DNA from: Schizochytrium sp. TIO01
Taxonomy: Eukaryota; Protista; Bigyra: Labyrinthulomycetes
Assembly (NCBI GenBank): GCA_004764695.1
Contig: SMSO01000006.1
Coordinates: 77,859 to 141,858, forward strand
Length of the DNA stretch: 64,000 nucleotides
Direction: 5' to 3'
In this document: positions 33,557-44,715 of the stretch, one piece after another
How the letters are laid out: each line of letters begins with the position of its first letter
Numbering within the stretch: position 1 is the first letter of the stretch
Notes under the pieces: model-generated
What the model saw: the letters and a program-made list of their open reading frames with translations, nothing else
Database searches by the model: none
Told to the model about the DNA's origin: nothing
Translations under genes and position numbers: made by a program

Positions 33557-36500
33557 ATGGAAGACTATGACGAAGATACTCCAAACAGTCCCGCCACAAC
33601 AACGTTGGGCAAGAAAGGCCTACCCAGCGTCAATGACATCATGCGTGGTGTCTTCAGCTCAGAGAAACGTCAACATCGTACGGTTCGGCAGCCTGGTCAA
33701 CTCCGCACAATTCTTCAAGACCCAAACACATTCTTGTTGGGCCCATACCAATGGCAACTCCAAATCTTACGCGCGACGAATAGTATGCTTACGTCGCGAT
33801 TCGATGTAGCTCGCTTCGTACTCCTCGAAACCGCTAAAAACGACGATGGAGCATTTCTGTACACGCCCACAACTGCAGATAGTGATGTATCGTCGATTGC
33901 AGCACCTCCACCAGACACTGGAGGTCTTCACGCTCTTGACGGCCACAACAAACTCTTTGGCGCACTTCTCCAAATTTACGACAGCCTTGCGCCACAGAAC
34001 GGAAATAGCACTTATAGCCAAGAAATCAGTAGTCAAAATCATGCTGCTTCCAATACCTCTAACTTAAACAACGCAGCATCTCCGGCCGCCGGTTCTGCCA
34101 AATTTCCTGGTCCAAATCAACTTGATTCAAGAGTCAAAAACGATGAAGAAGACGGCTTACTTCGCAGCGAAACAGCAGATGCAACATTGGAACTTCTCAG
34201 TAAGCTAATTTCGGCTGGAACTACAGCTGAGAATGTACGCGAGCTTTTGCAACGGAGTGCACATGCTCTTATTGCCCGCAATAACAAAGACCAACTTCGG
34301 TTCCTGCATGTTATTGACCGAGCTATCCGACTTTCTGAGGCAGATCATGTGCGTCACGAGCCAGCAGACCAGGGTATCGACGTAACTATCGCGCTCGCAC
34401 TTCGCCCAGATGACCGGAAGCCTTATGCTCTGCAAGCGTTTGAAGAAAACACTCAAATTCCAATGGATGAAAATACGTCAAATGCTCCTGAGCTTGGTGG
34501 TGATGATGCTAACAAGCCTTTGAATAGGGCACCAAGCCCAGATTTTGCATTCTTCAATTTCGGCGGCCCTCGCGCAGGCATAAGTATTGATACTCTGAAC
34601 TCATGGCCGTTCCCTCGTGAATACTGTATTTGGATGTGGATCCGTATCGAAGAAGAATGCGGCAGGTGTAATCTTGTCAGTTTGCGTAACCATCTTGGAC
34701 ATGGTATTAAGATTGAGCTCGGTGGCGATGATATCATTGGTTACTCCATTACTTGTGTTAGCACAGACGAACGACACTCTGGAAGTGTCCGAGTTGGTAT
34801 TCCTCCGGAGCGTCTCTCTTCAAGGACTTGGCATCAAATCACCATCCACCATTATTCTCGTATGCTTCTGGGCTCAAGTGTACTGCGTGTTCTTGTTGAC
34901 AATATTGAAGTCAAACAGGCCAACGGTTATAACTTTACACTTCCCTTCCCCTCTCGCGTGAAAGGCCCTATCAGCGACGCAGTTTTGTTCGATTCCTTTG
35001 ACGGTCAAGCAGGTCCATTTTATATTTTCCGTGAAGGGCTTTCGCTAACGTCTTCCCAAGGTCTTATGAAGAGTCACCTCAACCGAGCCAAAGTCGGCCA
35101 CAGCACAGCAATCTCAATGGTTGGTGGCTCAGGTTTAGTGACTAGTGCTGTGGAGCGAGGCCTCGAGACAAAGGTGTATCTTTCATTTGACCCCGTTTTT
35201 GTGGTTAAAAACCTCTGCCTAGAGGTTTATGGAGGCCGCCACGGTACATTGCGTGCAAACTCTTCTGTGTGGAATATGGATAACATCAGAAATCTGATGG
35301 GTGTCATTGGGGGTGTTCCAATTCTTCTCCCTTTTCTTTGGAAAAAGCTATCTGATGATGAACATCCACTTAGAAACGATAAGGATGAGAACGCCGAACC
35401 TCTTACACCAGATATGCGAAATACCACTCATAATGACGCAACTCAAGTGGAGGACCCAGCTGATCCTTCGGTTGCCAAAAGCCAATTAAGCTCAGATGCA
35501 CATTCCTGCTTTACCGGTTTGACTACAGAATCTGACTATCTAACAGCTGGTTGCTGTATCGTTCAGATTATTGCCTTACTGGCGAGATCTATCCGCCAGC
35601 ATGTTCACAACCAGCTCATTTTCATGGATTTACAGGGTCCAAACCTCATTGCTTCTGCTTTGGAGCTTCTCCCCAGAAAGATTCTTGCCAGTGCAGCTAG
35701 TAATCGACTTCTTGTTAATGGTGGAAGTCCAGATGACGAGGAGGCTGACCAGAATGTTGACTTTGTACCTCTTGAGGTTTCTGATGCCCCTCTGTTTGCC
35801 GCCGTAGCGGCTTTGATGCGTGCTGCGGCAGGCCTTCCTTCTGTAGTATTTGAAGAAAATATTGCCATGGATGGGGCAGCCGGTATCCCAGGGACTGGAC
35901 AGGAGCCTAGTACTCCTCGTGGACCTCCAGCGGACCAGACATCTCAGCAACAAGCTCAGCAAGCAGGGGGGATTCAAGGGCCAGGGAGCGGCCAGAATCA
36001 GGTTAAATTTAAGTACAATGCGCTTGAGAAAGCCCTTGATCTTTCCCTGATTTTTAATCTCAATATTATTGCCCGTTGTGCTCAGGCAGATGGGTCTCGT
36101 AGTTGGACGCAAGTTCAATGGTTTGACGAAGCTCATGGAAGGGTTTCTCGAGCTCCGCGTCTTTTCAAAGAGGTTCTTGGCCTGCAGACCTGGATAGATA
36201 ATCTCAGACTCTTGTATGAAGATATATTCTTCAATAACATTCTTGATGTTACCCTTTCGACAACAAAAGAGATGATTAACTTCATTAGTTTGCAATGGGT
36301 GCGTATTGCAGCTGCTATGCTTTGCGAGGAGGTCACAGAAAATGAGCTACACATTATCATTGCAGCAGCAATTGGTGCAGGTCACGGCTCAAGTGTTCGG
36401 TCTTCCACCAATGCTCCGGAGCCTGATTCGCCGTTCCCTTTCTCAGTAGCTAACATCCCTCTTTTTGGCCAAATGGCGGGAGGCCTCATGCCACGAAGTC

Positions 36501-39500
36501 GCGATGCCCACAGTGTTGAAGGTACATCAAAGAAACAGAAAAACGAACAACGAGAACCACAGGAACAACATCCAGGTACAAACTCTTCACAAGGCCAAGC
36601 AGCACAGCCGACTTGGAATATTGTTGATTTATACCTTGCCCGTGATGCAATCCGTTTACTTACTGTGCTCCTTCGTTCTACCCCACCTCCCAAACGGCTG
36701 TTTGAAAATTGCATCAAGTTAGATGCCAAAAGTGGGCTTGCGTGCGTTTTAGCCTCAAATGTTGTAGCATCCTCGCACATCGGGGACGACTTGCGCGCTC
36801 TTGCTCTACGGTGCATTACAGAGTTTTTAATAAGGGTTGAACACAGCGTTCCACTGCTCGAAGGGTTTTTAGCGCCATCTTTACATTTGCTTTCTCAAGC
36901 GACATCATCAACAACACAAGCGTTTGGAGCCTCTCGGTCAGAGTCTGCTCTTGCAGGGTCTGTTTTTGCAATGCAACAAGTTCCCGAGGGCGTCAAAGCC
37001 TTCGCTGATGCAGGCGGATATAGTTTTCTTGTACACGCTCTTGCAACAATTCTCTCCTCTCGATCTACAAGCTCTTTCGACCAACAGGACAAAGAATCAT
37101 CTCAAAGTGATGATACCCTTCCCAATTCAAACACTGTCCCGGATTTAAATGCGACTTATACTGCACTTCTTGAAATGATGATTGCAAAGCCTCTGGACGG
37201 GTCTGAGCCGAATACACCGCCCCGTCGACTGATTGGTGCAAGGCATCACAGTAGCATGGGCAGCAGTCTGGGCGCGCCTCGTCGACGGCAAAGTCATGGA
37301 TCTGCAACGTGGTCGATTGGGTCCTCAAATGTAGTTATTCGTCGCCTGAGTTCGTCTCTAGCGGTTGATCTAGAGGATAACTTTGATAGTGTGGCTGATC
37401 TTTTCGTTGATCAAGCTGAGCTTGGCCCGATACTCGACGATACTCAGGTCATATTTAACCCACATGCTTTACTCGTTGTTCTTAAATTGTTGCCTCGTCT
37501 TGGCCTGTACTTGCAACAGCGTATTTGCCAAGATCTATTCTTACTCCTGAAGTTTCAACCTATTAATCGGCTCTACTTTTGCGAAGTCCCGGGTTGGCAA
37601 GGTTCATTTCTAGGTTTACTCGGGTCCTTGGACAACGAGGGGCTCACAACTTCAGGTGCGCAAGTTTGTTTTGATTTAGGCGTCAAACTCTATGTGTTAG
37701 TTCTTCAAGATGTGTTGGTTGAGCGTGTCAATGGGTGGCAAGAAATCGAAACTATGATGAGCCTGAAACCTTTGTTAGTCCGTGGCGAAGAGATTACTCG
37801 TTCTGTGCTTGCTCAAGTCATGGATGGTACGCTGCGAGAGCTTCGGATGGATATGCCTTCAGATCCAGTCCGTATAACCGTCTTGTGGAAGAGTCTGCGA
37901 CGCATTGTGCTTCTTGTTGATATGCTCACCGGACTTCTGCCACGTGATAACCCAGAAACAATCACAACAATTGAGCGTCTGCTCGACGCTGTTGACTTGG
38001 TCACTTCTGTGTCCCCACAGTCTCTTCTTTTGGATAGCGAGTCGGCGTCGCGAAGCGTACGGCTTGATGCACATGCTGTTGATTTGTTTCGTGAGTTCTG
38101 TTGGCCTGTGGACCCGCGCAACCAGGATGAGCTTGACAAACTACGTGGCCCTGTAGCATTTGCAATTATATCACTCTCTTTGAACGCAATGCTTCATTGT
38201 TCTCTTGGTGCCCCATCTTTACGCAAACACGCCCGCCGCGTGACGAAGGTGTCGTCGTTTCTGCGACGGATTCCGCGAATGAAGTCTCTTGTCCGATGGC
38301 CCACTCTGCGTGGAAGCAAAGTGAAAGGGGAGAAGAGTGCTTTAGTGATCAAAGCGCTTGTCGACACGTTCACCATGATTAGGAGAGCTGCAGATGCAGG
38401 CGCCCATGAGGATGGTTCCGTCGCGCACAACCTGGACTATTTACTTGAGCTTTTGCGTTCGGTTTCCACAACTCATAGCGATCTTTTAGCCTTGACATGC
38501 GAGGATGAATTCTTTGTTCGAAAAGTTTCATCGTTAAACGCAGATACTCAGAATGGCCCAGAGTGGATTTTTGCGTCTGTAATTACGCAATCTCCCTTTG
38601 TCAGTCCAATAAAAGAAAATGCCTCCTCAGCTGCAACTGAAGAAGAATTAGCAGGTACACCATCTGCAGAACTCGTAGTTGGTATTCCCGCGGCTTTGCA
38701 TGCTTTAGAGGAGTCTCGTGCAGGAATCAATACATTTATGCAGGCCCGCCTCCGTGCGCGTTGGGATGAACATGGAACATCAGAAATGGCTTACGCGAAT
38801 ACTCAAGGGCGTGCTCGCCGAGAGTCTATGGCCTTGGGATTCTCCCAACGCTTAGCGTTCACCGAAAGTTCTCGTTTGGGAGAAAAGCTAATGATAGATT
38901 CGGAACGCGAACGCGAACTCGTTGAATTGTGGCGACAGCTCACTATTGAAGCTGCGCATGAGGATTCCATTTGGCAAGTTCAAGCCGCTGAACTGAAGGA
39001 CGAAGGTGTTGAGTGGATGCTTTCGAGCCGCGAAGACAAGTATCGTTGCCGGCGTCTCCTTTGCCGAAATTACTTTTTTGACGACCATTTAGATGCACTT
39101 TATCATGAAATTACAAAGGACATAGGAGACGAGAATGATGACCTCGATTTGGATGCCAATGCTAGCTTTGGTGAAGATGATGCAGGCAGCTACCACGAAA
39201 TTGGTTATGATCATGATGATATGTCTCATAGAAGCAAACACCTGTCAGGCGGTGTACTTGAGGACGATGATGATCAGGATATTGCTGGCGGAAGTGACGA
39301 CGGTGAAGACCTTTCCCTTGAGCCCTCTTCGCCGCTTCAACTACCAAAAATTGTAAGGGTTGGCTCCCCTGAACAAAGATTCCGTATGCGCACGGAGTCC
39401 GAGTCATTTTCTGTAATCTATTCTCCTGATCGGGATGAAGACAACCTACTACAATGGTGGAGGTGGTTAGGCGGACGCTTTGTTGGTGAACCAGACCTGC

Positions 39501-42500
39501 AATGGTTCGAGTGGCTGGGAGGTCGCGTAGTTGGCCCCCCTCGGCCTACCTCGTGGAGAAGGAAGCGGCCGAGTCTTTATTGGCAGCGTGGACATGGACG
39601 TAGACCTTCCTTGCTTTCGCCTCTAGATACACCGAATACTCTCTCTCCATTGACACCACTCGGACCGGGGTTGATGAGTAACCTTGCGTATCGCCTTCAC
39701 GGAACAGGCGCACCAGGCGTTGCAGCGCCGTCTCCACTGAACACGTCCACAAAGATTGGTCTCGTTCGTCAGAGTATGCGGAGTCCTATGAACCTCCGGC
39801 CAATGAGCCCCATGGGTTCGCCATTGAGTCCTCGAGGCGGAGCACCTTCAGGGTTTAATATGATCTCAACTCAACCAAGAACTCCACAATTTCCTTCACG
39901 TGCATCTAGCCCGAAGACTCCACGAATCCCTACAAATTCTCTCCTTAACGAGGTGCACGATTGGGCTGTCAGAGGATGGGATAACTCTCGAAGGGAGCAG
40001 TTTGCTTTAAGGAAGGGTGAACAGCTTGTTCATGTGTGTTCCAACGCACAGTGGATCACCCCTCTTGAAGTCACTCGAGGCCGCCTGGAGCTTTCCTCAG
40101 AACACCTCTTTTTCTACGCGGACCATCCTAGCCAGGCACAAATGCCAGAGCTTGATAATCCGGCAACCCGAGACTCTGCCTGGGTGAGTGATTTGAACGT
40201 CCCTGACTCGAATATACCTGGCATTGGAGTTGATGCATACAGCGAGGCGAGCTCTAAGCGTCGCAAGCGCCTGCAGCAGCTCAGCAAAGAAATGATGCGC
40301 TGGAGTTTGTCAGAACTCACTGAAATCCACGGTCGGCGTTACCTTTTGAGAGCTACAGCACTCGAATTATTCTTCTCCGACATGACCAATATATTCCTGT
40401 GTTTCCCTTCTGCAAAAGCTCGCTCGGACTTCTTTAAAGCAATATTGCGTCAGCCGACACCGAAATTAGCCCGTACTTTTAAAGAAAGCCTCAAGCCAAA
40501 TGTTGTTTTCCAACGATCTGGCTTAATGGAGCGCTGGAAACGTCGAGAAATTTCCAATTTCGAGTATATTATGCAAATCAATACTGTAGCAGGCCGGAGT
40601 TACAATGACATCACGCAGTATCCGATTTTTCCATGGATCATTGCGGACTACGAATCAGAAACGCTTGACCTCGAAGATCCATCGATTTACCGGGATCTGT
40701 CCAAGCCAATTGGAGCTCTTAATGAAATTCGTTTACGAGACTTCGTGGAGCGTTTTGAGTCCTTCTGTGATGCAAGCATGGATATCCCGCCTTTTCACTA
40801 CGGTAGCCACTACTCTAATGCAGGAATTGTCTTGCATTACCTGCTCCGTGTCGAACCATTCTCTACTTTGGCAATCGATTTGCAAGGCGGTCGATTCGAC
40901 TGTCCTGACCGTCTTTTCTTCTCAATTCATGATTGTTGGCTTAGTAGCATGGAGTCCATGTCTGACGTGAAGGAGCTTATCCCAGAGTTCTTCTACTGCC
41001 CAGAAATGTTCCTCAACTCAAATAATTTTAATCTTGGGGTTCGGCAGGATACTAAGCTACCCGTGGATGATGTAGTGTTGCCGCCATGGGCTAAAGGTTC
41101 GGCACAAGAGTTTGTGCGGATTCAGCGTGAAGCCTTAGAATCTGAATACGTCTCACAACATCTGAATGAGTGGATTGACCTGATCTTTGGCTATAAGCAA
41201 CTCGGAGAAGCTGCAGAGGAAGCTCATAACGTGTTTTACTACCTGACTTATGAAGGTGCAGTTGACCTTGATGCTATTGTAGATCCTGTATTGCGACACT
41301 CAATCGAAACACAAATTGCTCACTTCGGACAGACACCCGCGCAGTTGCTCACACAGCCACACCCTGCTCGCGATAAACCCTCCGCTTACCTTGCACTCAG
41401 TCAGGAAACCATACTGAAAGGAGAAGCGATGGAACTGTCGCGCCACTGCGTCTGGACGGAACCTGCTAACGCATCTACATTAATGCCGGCTGCAGCCTCA
41501 GGGCCTCGATCACCCACATTGGCTATGTCGACAAATAATACTGGAAATGTTGACCAAGTCGCCCCGCCAAAGTCGACTTGGGGTTCATTCTTCAAGTCTG
41601 CAGTTCGTGTGTCAAGGACTACCTCAGAGACTTCCACAACAAACGATATCCCTGCACCTAAAACTGGAGAGCCGTCAACAGCGAACAGTCTTGTAGCATC
41701 CATGGATACGTTTCCACGTGCACCACCTGTAATATCTCTGACGGCATACCCAGGACGCCTTGTTGCCGTATATGAGGATCTCAGTGTCTTTGTGCATCGT
41801 GTTGCACCCAGGACATGGATTCCACGTCCTGGAAATGGCCGTGTGATCTCGAGCGCCCCCTTATCCCTCTCAGCCTGGGCACGACCTAGTGATCGCTCGC
41901 TGCTTCGTATGGATACTGGAAAGGCTATGCGCATTGGCTCAGAGTCAGTAGTGTGTGCCAAACAAGGGAAACTTGTTGTGAGTGCAAATAACCTTGACTG
42001 GTCCTTACGAGTCCAGAATGTGGATAACTACAAAATCGATGGCGCTGTATCTGCTCATCGTGGTCGTGTTCTTTGCGTTGCAAATTGCGAAAAGGAAGAA
42101 GTACTCGTGACTGGAGGGCAGGACTGCCGCGTAATTGTATGGCGTTTGAGCGGTGCTCAAGATATTCGTGAAGAGATGATAGATCTCTTTGTAGCTCCCG
42201 AACTTTCAACAAGCGGAGCCTTAAGCACTGGTGGTACCGCCACAAGTACAACGGGCACTACAGTTTCAGCGAGGCCTGGCGCAATCTTAACAGCTGATGG
42301 TCTTCGTGATAGTTCCTCCACCTCTGCTGCGTCTTCTAACGACAGCCTTCTGCTCGCTCAAGGCGCTCTTCTGGGCCACAGCACGCCTGTGACTGCTGTG
42401 GCTGTGTCTAGTGGACTTTCAATTATTGTTAGTGGGTCCGAAGATGGGCAGGTTTTGCTTCATACATTGAGCGATGGATCCTTTGTTCGGAGTGTTCACA

Positions 42501-42886
42501 CACCTTTACACTCGCCTATCTCAAATATTTTGATCGGCAAACTGACGGGGAATATCGTCGTTCATTCGGCTGCTTGTGCATACACAGGCAGTTTGTCTAT
42601 CAATGGAGCGATGCTAGCTTCTACGAGCGAGCTAGAGGATGTTTCTGCCTTACAGATTGCCTATTTAGAAGGGTTTGGCGCTGAGGTCCTTTTAGTTGGT
42701 ATGTCTAATGGCGAACTTCACTTTTTGCAGCTCAGTTCGTTGAAGCCTTTACGCAAGCCAGTTGATATTGGGGGTGTTCCTTCTGCTATCCGTTCTATCG
42801 AGGTTTCACCCGACCAAATGGCCATTTTTGTCGGAAGTGAAGATGGACAAATTTCGGTCCTTCGAGCTCTTGTACCAGAACCTTGA
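33557..42886 (+). CDS. BEACH-domain protein (neurobeachin/LRBA/Lvs-like): ConA-like domain, helical region, PH-like domain, BEACH, WD40
   Basis: 3109-aa intact ORF starting ACCACCATGG. RRYLLRATALELF (PH-like domain). BEACH motifs RWKRREISNFEYIMQINTVAGRSYNDITQYPIFPWI, YRDLSKPIGALN, FHYGSHYS, QGGRFDCPDRLF, DVKELIPEFFY, REALESEYVS..LNEWIDLIFGYKQ and FGQTPAQL. C-terminal WD repeats. Confidence 0.96.
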   Translation: MEDYDEDTPNSPATTTLGKKGLPSVNDIMRGVFSSEKRQHRTVRQPGQLRTILQDPNTFLLGPYQWQLQILRATNSMLTSRFDVARFVLLETAKNDDGAFLYTPTTADSDVSSIAAPPPDTGGLHALDGHNKLFGALLQIYDSLAPQNGNSTYSQEISSQNHAASNTSNLNNAASPAAGSAKFPGPNQLDSRVKNDEEDGLLRSETADATLELLSKLISAGTTAENVRELLQRSAHALIARNNKDQLRFLHVIDRAIRLSEADHVRHEPADQGIDVTIALALRPDDRKPYALQAFEENTQIPMDENTSNAPELGGDDANKPLNRAPSPDFAFFNFGGPRAGISIDTLNSWPFPREYCIWMWIRIEEECGRCNLVSLRNHLGHGIKIELGGDDIIGYSITCVSTDERHSGSVRVGIPPERLSSRTWHQITIHHYSRMLLGSSVLRVLVDNIEVKQANGYNFTLPFPSRVKGPISDAVLFDSFDGQAGPFYIFREGLSLTSSQGLMKSHLNRAKVGHSTAISMVGGSGLVTSAVERGLETKVYLSFDPVFVVKNLCLEVYGGRHGTLRANSSVWNMDNIRNLMGVIGGVPILLPFLWKKLSDDEHPLRNDKDENAEPLTPDMRNTTHNDATQVEDPADPSVAKSQLSSDAHSCFTGLTTESDYLTAGCCIVQIIALLARSIRQHVHNQLIFMDLQGPNLIASALELLPRKILASAASNRLLVNGGSPDDEEADQNVDFVPLEVSDAPLFAAVAALMRAAAGLPSVVFEENIAMDGAAGIPGTGQEPSTPRGPPADQTSQQQAQQAGGIQGPGSGQNQVKFKYNALEKALDLSLIFNLNIIARCAQADGSRSWTQVQWFDEAHGRVSRAPRLFKEVLGLQTWIDNLRLLYEDIFFNNILDVTLSTTKEMINFISLQWVRIAAAMLCEEVTENELHIIIAAAIGAGHGSSVRSSTNAPEPDSPFPFSVANIPLFGQMAGGLMPRSRDAHSVEGTSKKQKNEQREPQEQHPGTNSSQGQAAQPTWNIVDLYLARDAIRLLTVLLRSTPPPKRLFENCIKLDAKSGLACVLASNVVASSHIGDDLRALALRCITEFLIRVEHSVPLLEGFLAPSLHLLSQATSSTTQAFGASRSESALAGSVFAMQQVPEGVKAFADAGGYSFLVHALATILSSRSTSSFDQQDKESSQSDDTLPNSNTVPDLNATYTALLEMMIAKPLDGSEPNTPPRRLIGARHHSSMGSSLGAPRRRQSHGSATWSIGSSNVVIRRLSSSLAVDLEDNFDSVADLFVDQAELGPILDDTQVIFNPHALLVVLKLLPRLGLYLQQRICQDLFLLLKFQPINRLYFCEVPGWQGSFLGLLGSLDNEGLTTSGAQVCFDLGVKLYVLVLQDVLVERVNGWQEIETMMSLKPLLVRGEEITRSVLAQVMDGTLRELRMDMPSDPVRITVLWKSLRRIVLLVDMLTGLLPRDNPETITTIERLLDAVDLVTSVSPQSLLLDSESASRSVRLDAHAVDLFREFCWPVDPRNQDELDKLRGPVAFAIISLSLNAMLHCSLGAPSLRKHARRVTKVSSFLRRIPRMKSLVRWPTLRGSKVKGEKSALVIKALVDTFTMIRRAADAGAHEDGSVAHNLDYLLELLRSVSTTHSDLLALTCEDEFFVRKVSSLNADTQNGPEWIFASVITQSPFVSPIKENASSAATEEELAGTPSAELVVGIPAALHALEESRAGINTFMQARLRARWDEHGTSEMAYANTQGRARRESMALGFSQRLAFTESSRLGEKLMIDSERERELVELWRQLTIEAAHEDSIWQVQAAELKDEGVEWMLSSREDKYRCRRLLCRNYFFDDHLDALYHEITKDIGDENDDLDLDANASFGEDDAGSYHEIGYDHDDMSHRSKHLSGGVLEDDDDQDIAGGSDDGEDLSLEPSSPLQLPKIVRVGSPEQRFRMRTESESFSVIYSPDRDEDNLLQWWRWLGGRFVGEPDLQWFEWLGGRVVGPPRPTSWRRKRPSLYWQRGHGRRPSLLSPLDTPNTLSPLTPLGPGLMSNLAYRLHGTGAPGVAAPSPLNTSTKIGLVRQSMRSPMNLRPMSPMGSPLSPRGGAPSGFNMISTQPRTPQFPSRASSPKTPRIPTNSLLNEVHDWAVRGWDNSRREQFALRKGEQLVHVCSNAQWITPLEVTRGRLELSSEHLFFYADHPSQAQMPELDNPATRDSAWVSDLNVPDSNIPGIGVDAYSEASSKRRKRLQQLSKEMMRWSLSELTEIHGRRYLLRATALELFFSDMTNIFLCFPSAKARSDFFKAILRQPTPKLARTFKESLKPNVVFQRSGLMERWKRREISNFEYIMQINTVAGRSYNDITQYPIFPWIIADYESETLDLEDPSIYRDLSKPIGALNEIRLRDFVERFESFCDASMDIPPFHYGSHYSNAGIVLHYLLRVEPFSTLAIDLQGGRFDCPDRLFFSIHDCWLSSMESMSDVKELIPEFFYCPEMFLNSNNFNLGVRQDTKLPVDDVVLPPWAKGSAQEFVRIQREALESEYVSQHLNEWIDLIFGYKQLGEAAEEAHNVFYYLTYEGAVDLDAIVDPVLRHSIETQIAHFGQTPAQLLTQPHPARDKPSAYLALSQETILKGEAMELSRHCVWTEPANASTLMPAAASGPRSPTLAMSTNNTGNVDQVAPPKSTWGSFFKSAVRVSRTTSETSTTNDIPAPKTGEPSTANSLVASMDTFPRAPPVISLTAYPGRLVAVYEDLSVFVHRVAPRTWIPRPGNGRVISSAPLSLSAWARPSDRSLLRMDTGKAMRIGSESVVCAKQGKLVVSANNLDWSLRVQNVDNYKIDGAVSAHRGRVLCVANCEKEEVLVTGGQDCRVIVWRLSGAQDIREEMIDLFVAPELSTSGALSTGGTATSTTGTTVSARPGAILTADGLRDSSSTSAASSNDSLLLAQGALLGHSTPVTAVAVSSGLSIIVSGSEDGQVLLHTLSDGSFVRSVHTPLHSPISNILIGKLTGNIVVHSAACAYTGSLSINGAMLASTSELEDVSALQIAYLEGFGAEVLLVGMSNGELHFLQLSSLKPLRKPVDIGGVPSAIRSIEVSPDQMAIFVGSEDGQISVLRALVPEP

Positions 42887-43320
42887 ACGAAACGAGCATA
42901 AAATAATTGCATAAAAATCTTCATTTAAAACATCAACAACAAAAGAACAAAAATTGCACCATCAAAATATGTGCTATTATTGATATTTGCTTAAAAGCAG
43001 CGAACTGTTTTTGTACCAAGCACGCATTTCTCACAAGGTCCATTCATCAATATATAAGGCTATCAAGGAATGAAACATTGAGTAAGTAATACCTACATTA
43101 AAACCTCTCTTAATAATTTATAGTGGCGAAGAAAGGGACTTTTTCAAGCCTAGCCTGGTTGGTCAATCTTCGATAAATACTGTTTACTCAGTACGAACAG
43201 AAGTGTTGCCATACGTTGAAATCATATGCAAGCGCTGTCCGCCAGGCCCGCAGTGCATAACTACACGTATTAAAAAGCTTCCTTGTATAATGGGTGCAGG
43301 AAATGGTCTAAAATACTGTG

Positions 43321-44715
43321 TCAATTATTAATATCATTGTTATTATTCACACCTTCAATAATTGCTTCTCGTACGCCTATACGACACATGTCAAGGTTGT
43401 AGTGTCCATTCATTGGAACCTGCGCTGGCTGCATAAACAGGTTAAACAGTCCTGAGGCCTTTGTCTGCCCATTCACAATATACTCTTCTACCTTTTCGCA
43501 TGGCCACCAATAACCAAAAAGAACTTCTTGCTCCAGCTGACCATAGCCCCATTGCATATGCCCTCTCAGCAAGGTTATGACCCCTTCGAGTGAATTTTCT
43601 GGATCATTATTAGCATTGAAAATCAACTCAATTAGCAAAGAACCTTCCGCAATTGTCACAAGCAATACATCGCCAAGAGTCTTTAACTCTGCGGTAGGAT
43701 GATGTGATGCCCATTTTTTAATGATATTCTGGTTACTTTCTTGGTTAGACATAAGGATGAACCAGCGTTGGCTTCCGCCACCAACCAAAACCTCTACGTT
43801 CAAACTAGCGAGTGCGTTTTTAGGTGCGAGTCCTTGAAACTTGGCTGGTTTGAGAACGTCATCCCATAACACACCAAGCTCCCCCTCGAGCTGGCGCTGC
43901 ATTGATTCATCTACATTGCTAGGGAATGACAAACCCCTTGCGCCTTCAAGAACATCATAATCGAAAATAAAGACAGATCTTTCAAGAATTCGATGTTGGC
44001 GCTTGGGTGATGCTACCGGGAGTAACAAACTTTTCTCGACAAATTTACGGTGCATTGGCAACGCAGGCCAGGAGGATAAGGTTTGGAATGCCATATTGTC
44101 AGTAATATCACCAGGAGCGCTCGGTAGCATGGACATTGCAAGCCCAACTTGATGTCCATCTCGAGATACTCGTACAAACGTATCCTTACGATTTGTCCTC
44201 TTGCGAGGACGATTGCCTGACGACTCTGTTTCAAGTTCTGGAGTCTTTTGCACACCCAGATACTTGCTTTCTCGATTGCTCTCAGGTTCATTTTCTCGAT
44301 TGGCCTCACCATGTGTTTGGTGCTTCCCGAGGTCCTTGGGTACTTCGAGCATTGAGGAAGAAGTAGGCAAACCTGGCAAAGAAGCGGCTGTGGATGAGTG
44401 TTTCTGATCCCCGGACAATCCTGAGACAGGTTGTTGTTGTGTAGAATCGGTGTGGCCCTCCACTAGAGAGCTAAGGCTTTTGACAGGGTTGTCCCTTTGT
44501 GCAATAGAACGGTCTGTAGGGAAGACGTCTGTTTGAGGTCCAGGCCGTGGCCCTGCTTCATCGTCCTGAATAGTCTCCTGTCGCAGCAGGTATTTCTGCC
44601 TCGGGAGGGCCCCTTGCTCTTGGTGCAGAAGTACCCAATCTATAGAGATGACTACACAAGTAAGCAAAAGAAGCCCGGCAACCAACGTTGCCAGACTCCG
44701 TTGTCGTATTCGCAT
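43321..44715 (-). CDS. Uncharacterised type II membrane or secreted protein (N-terminal TM, long polar stem, ~250-aa globular C-terminal domain)
   Basis: 464-aa ORF. MRIRQR is followed by hydrophobic LATLVAGLLLLTCVVISIDWVLL and a low-complexity stem. No recognised motif. Confidence 0.7.
   Translation of the reverse strand: MRIRQRSLATLVAGLLLLTCVVISIDWVLLHQEQGALPRQKYLLRQETIQDDEAGPRPGPQTDVFPTDRSIAQRDNPVKSLSSLVEGHTDSTQQQPVSGLSGDQKHSSTAASLPGLPTSSSMLEVPKDLGKHQTHGEANRENEPESNRESKYLGVQKTPELETESSGNRPRKRTNRKDTFVRVSRDGHQVGLAMSMLPSAPGDITDNMAFQTLSSWPALPMHRKFVEKSLLLPVASPKRQHRILERSVFIFDYDVLEGARGLSFPSNVDESMQRQLEGELGVLWDDVLKPAKFQGLAPKNALASLNVEVLVGGGSQRWFILMSNQESNQNIIKKWASHHPTAELKTLGDVLLVTIAEGSLLIELIFNANNDPENSLEGVITLLRGHMQWGYGQLEQEVLFGYWWPCEKVEEYIVNGQTKASGLFNLFMQPAQVPMNGHYNLDMCRIGVREAIIEGVNNNNDINN

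Noticed and set aside
35630-36295. Long antisense or alternative-frame ORFs inside large genes (e.g. 35630-36295, 22468-23115, 58118-58753, 61412-61993, 41401-41961)
   Set aside because: They are shadow ORFs of long or low-complexity coding sequence with no recognisable motifs.
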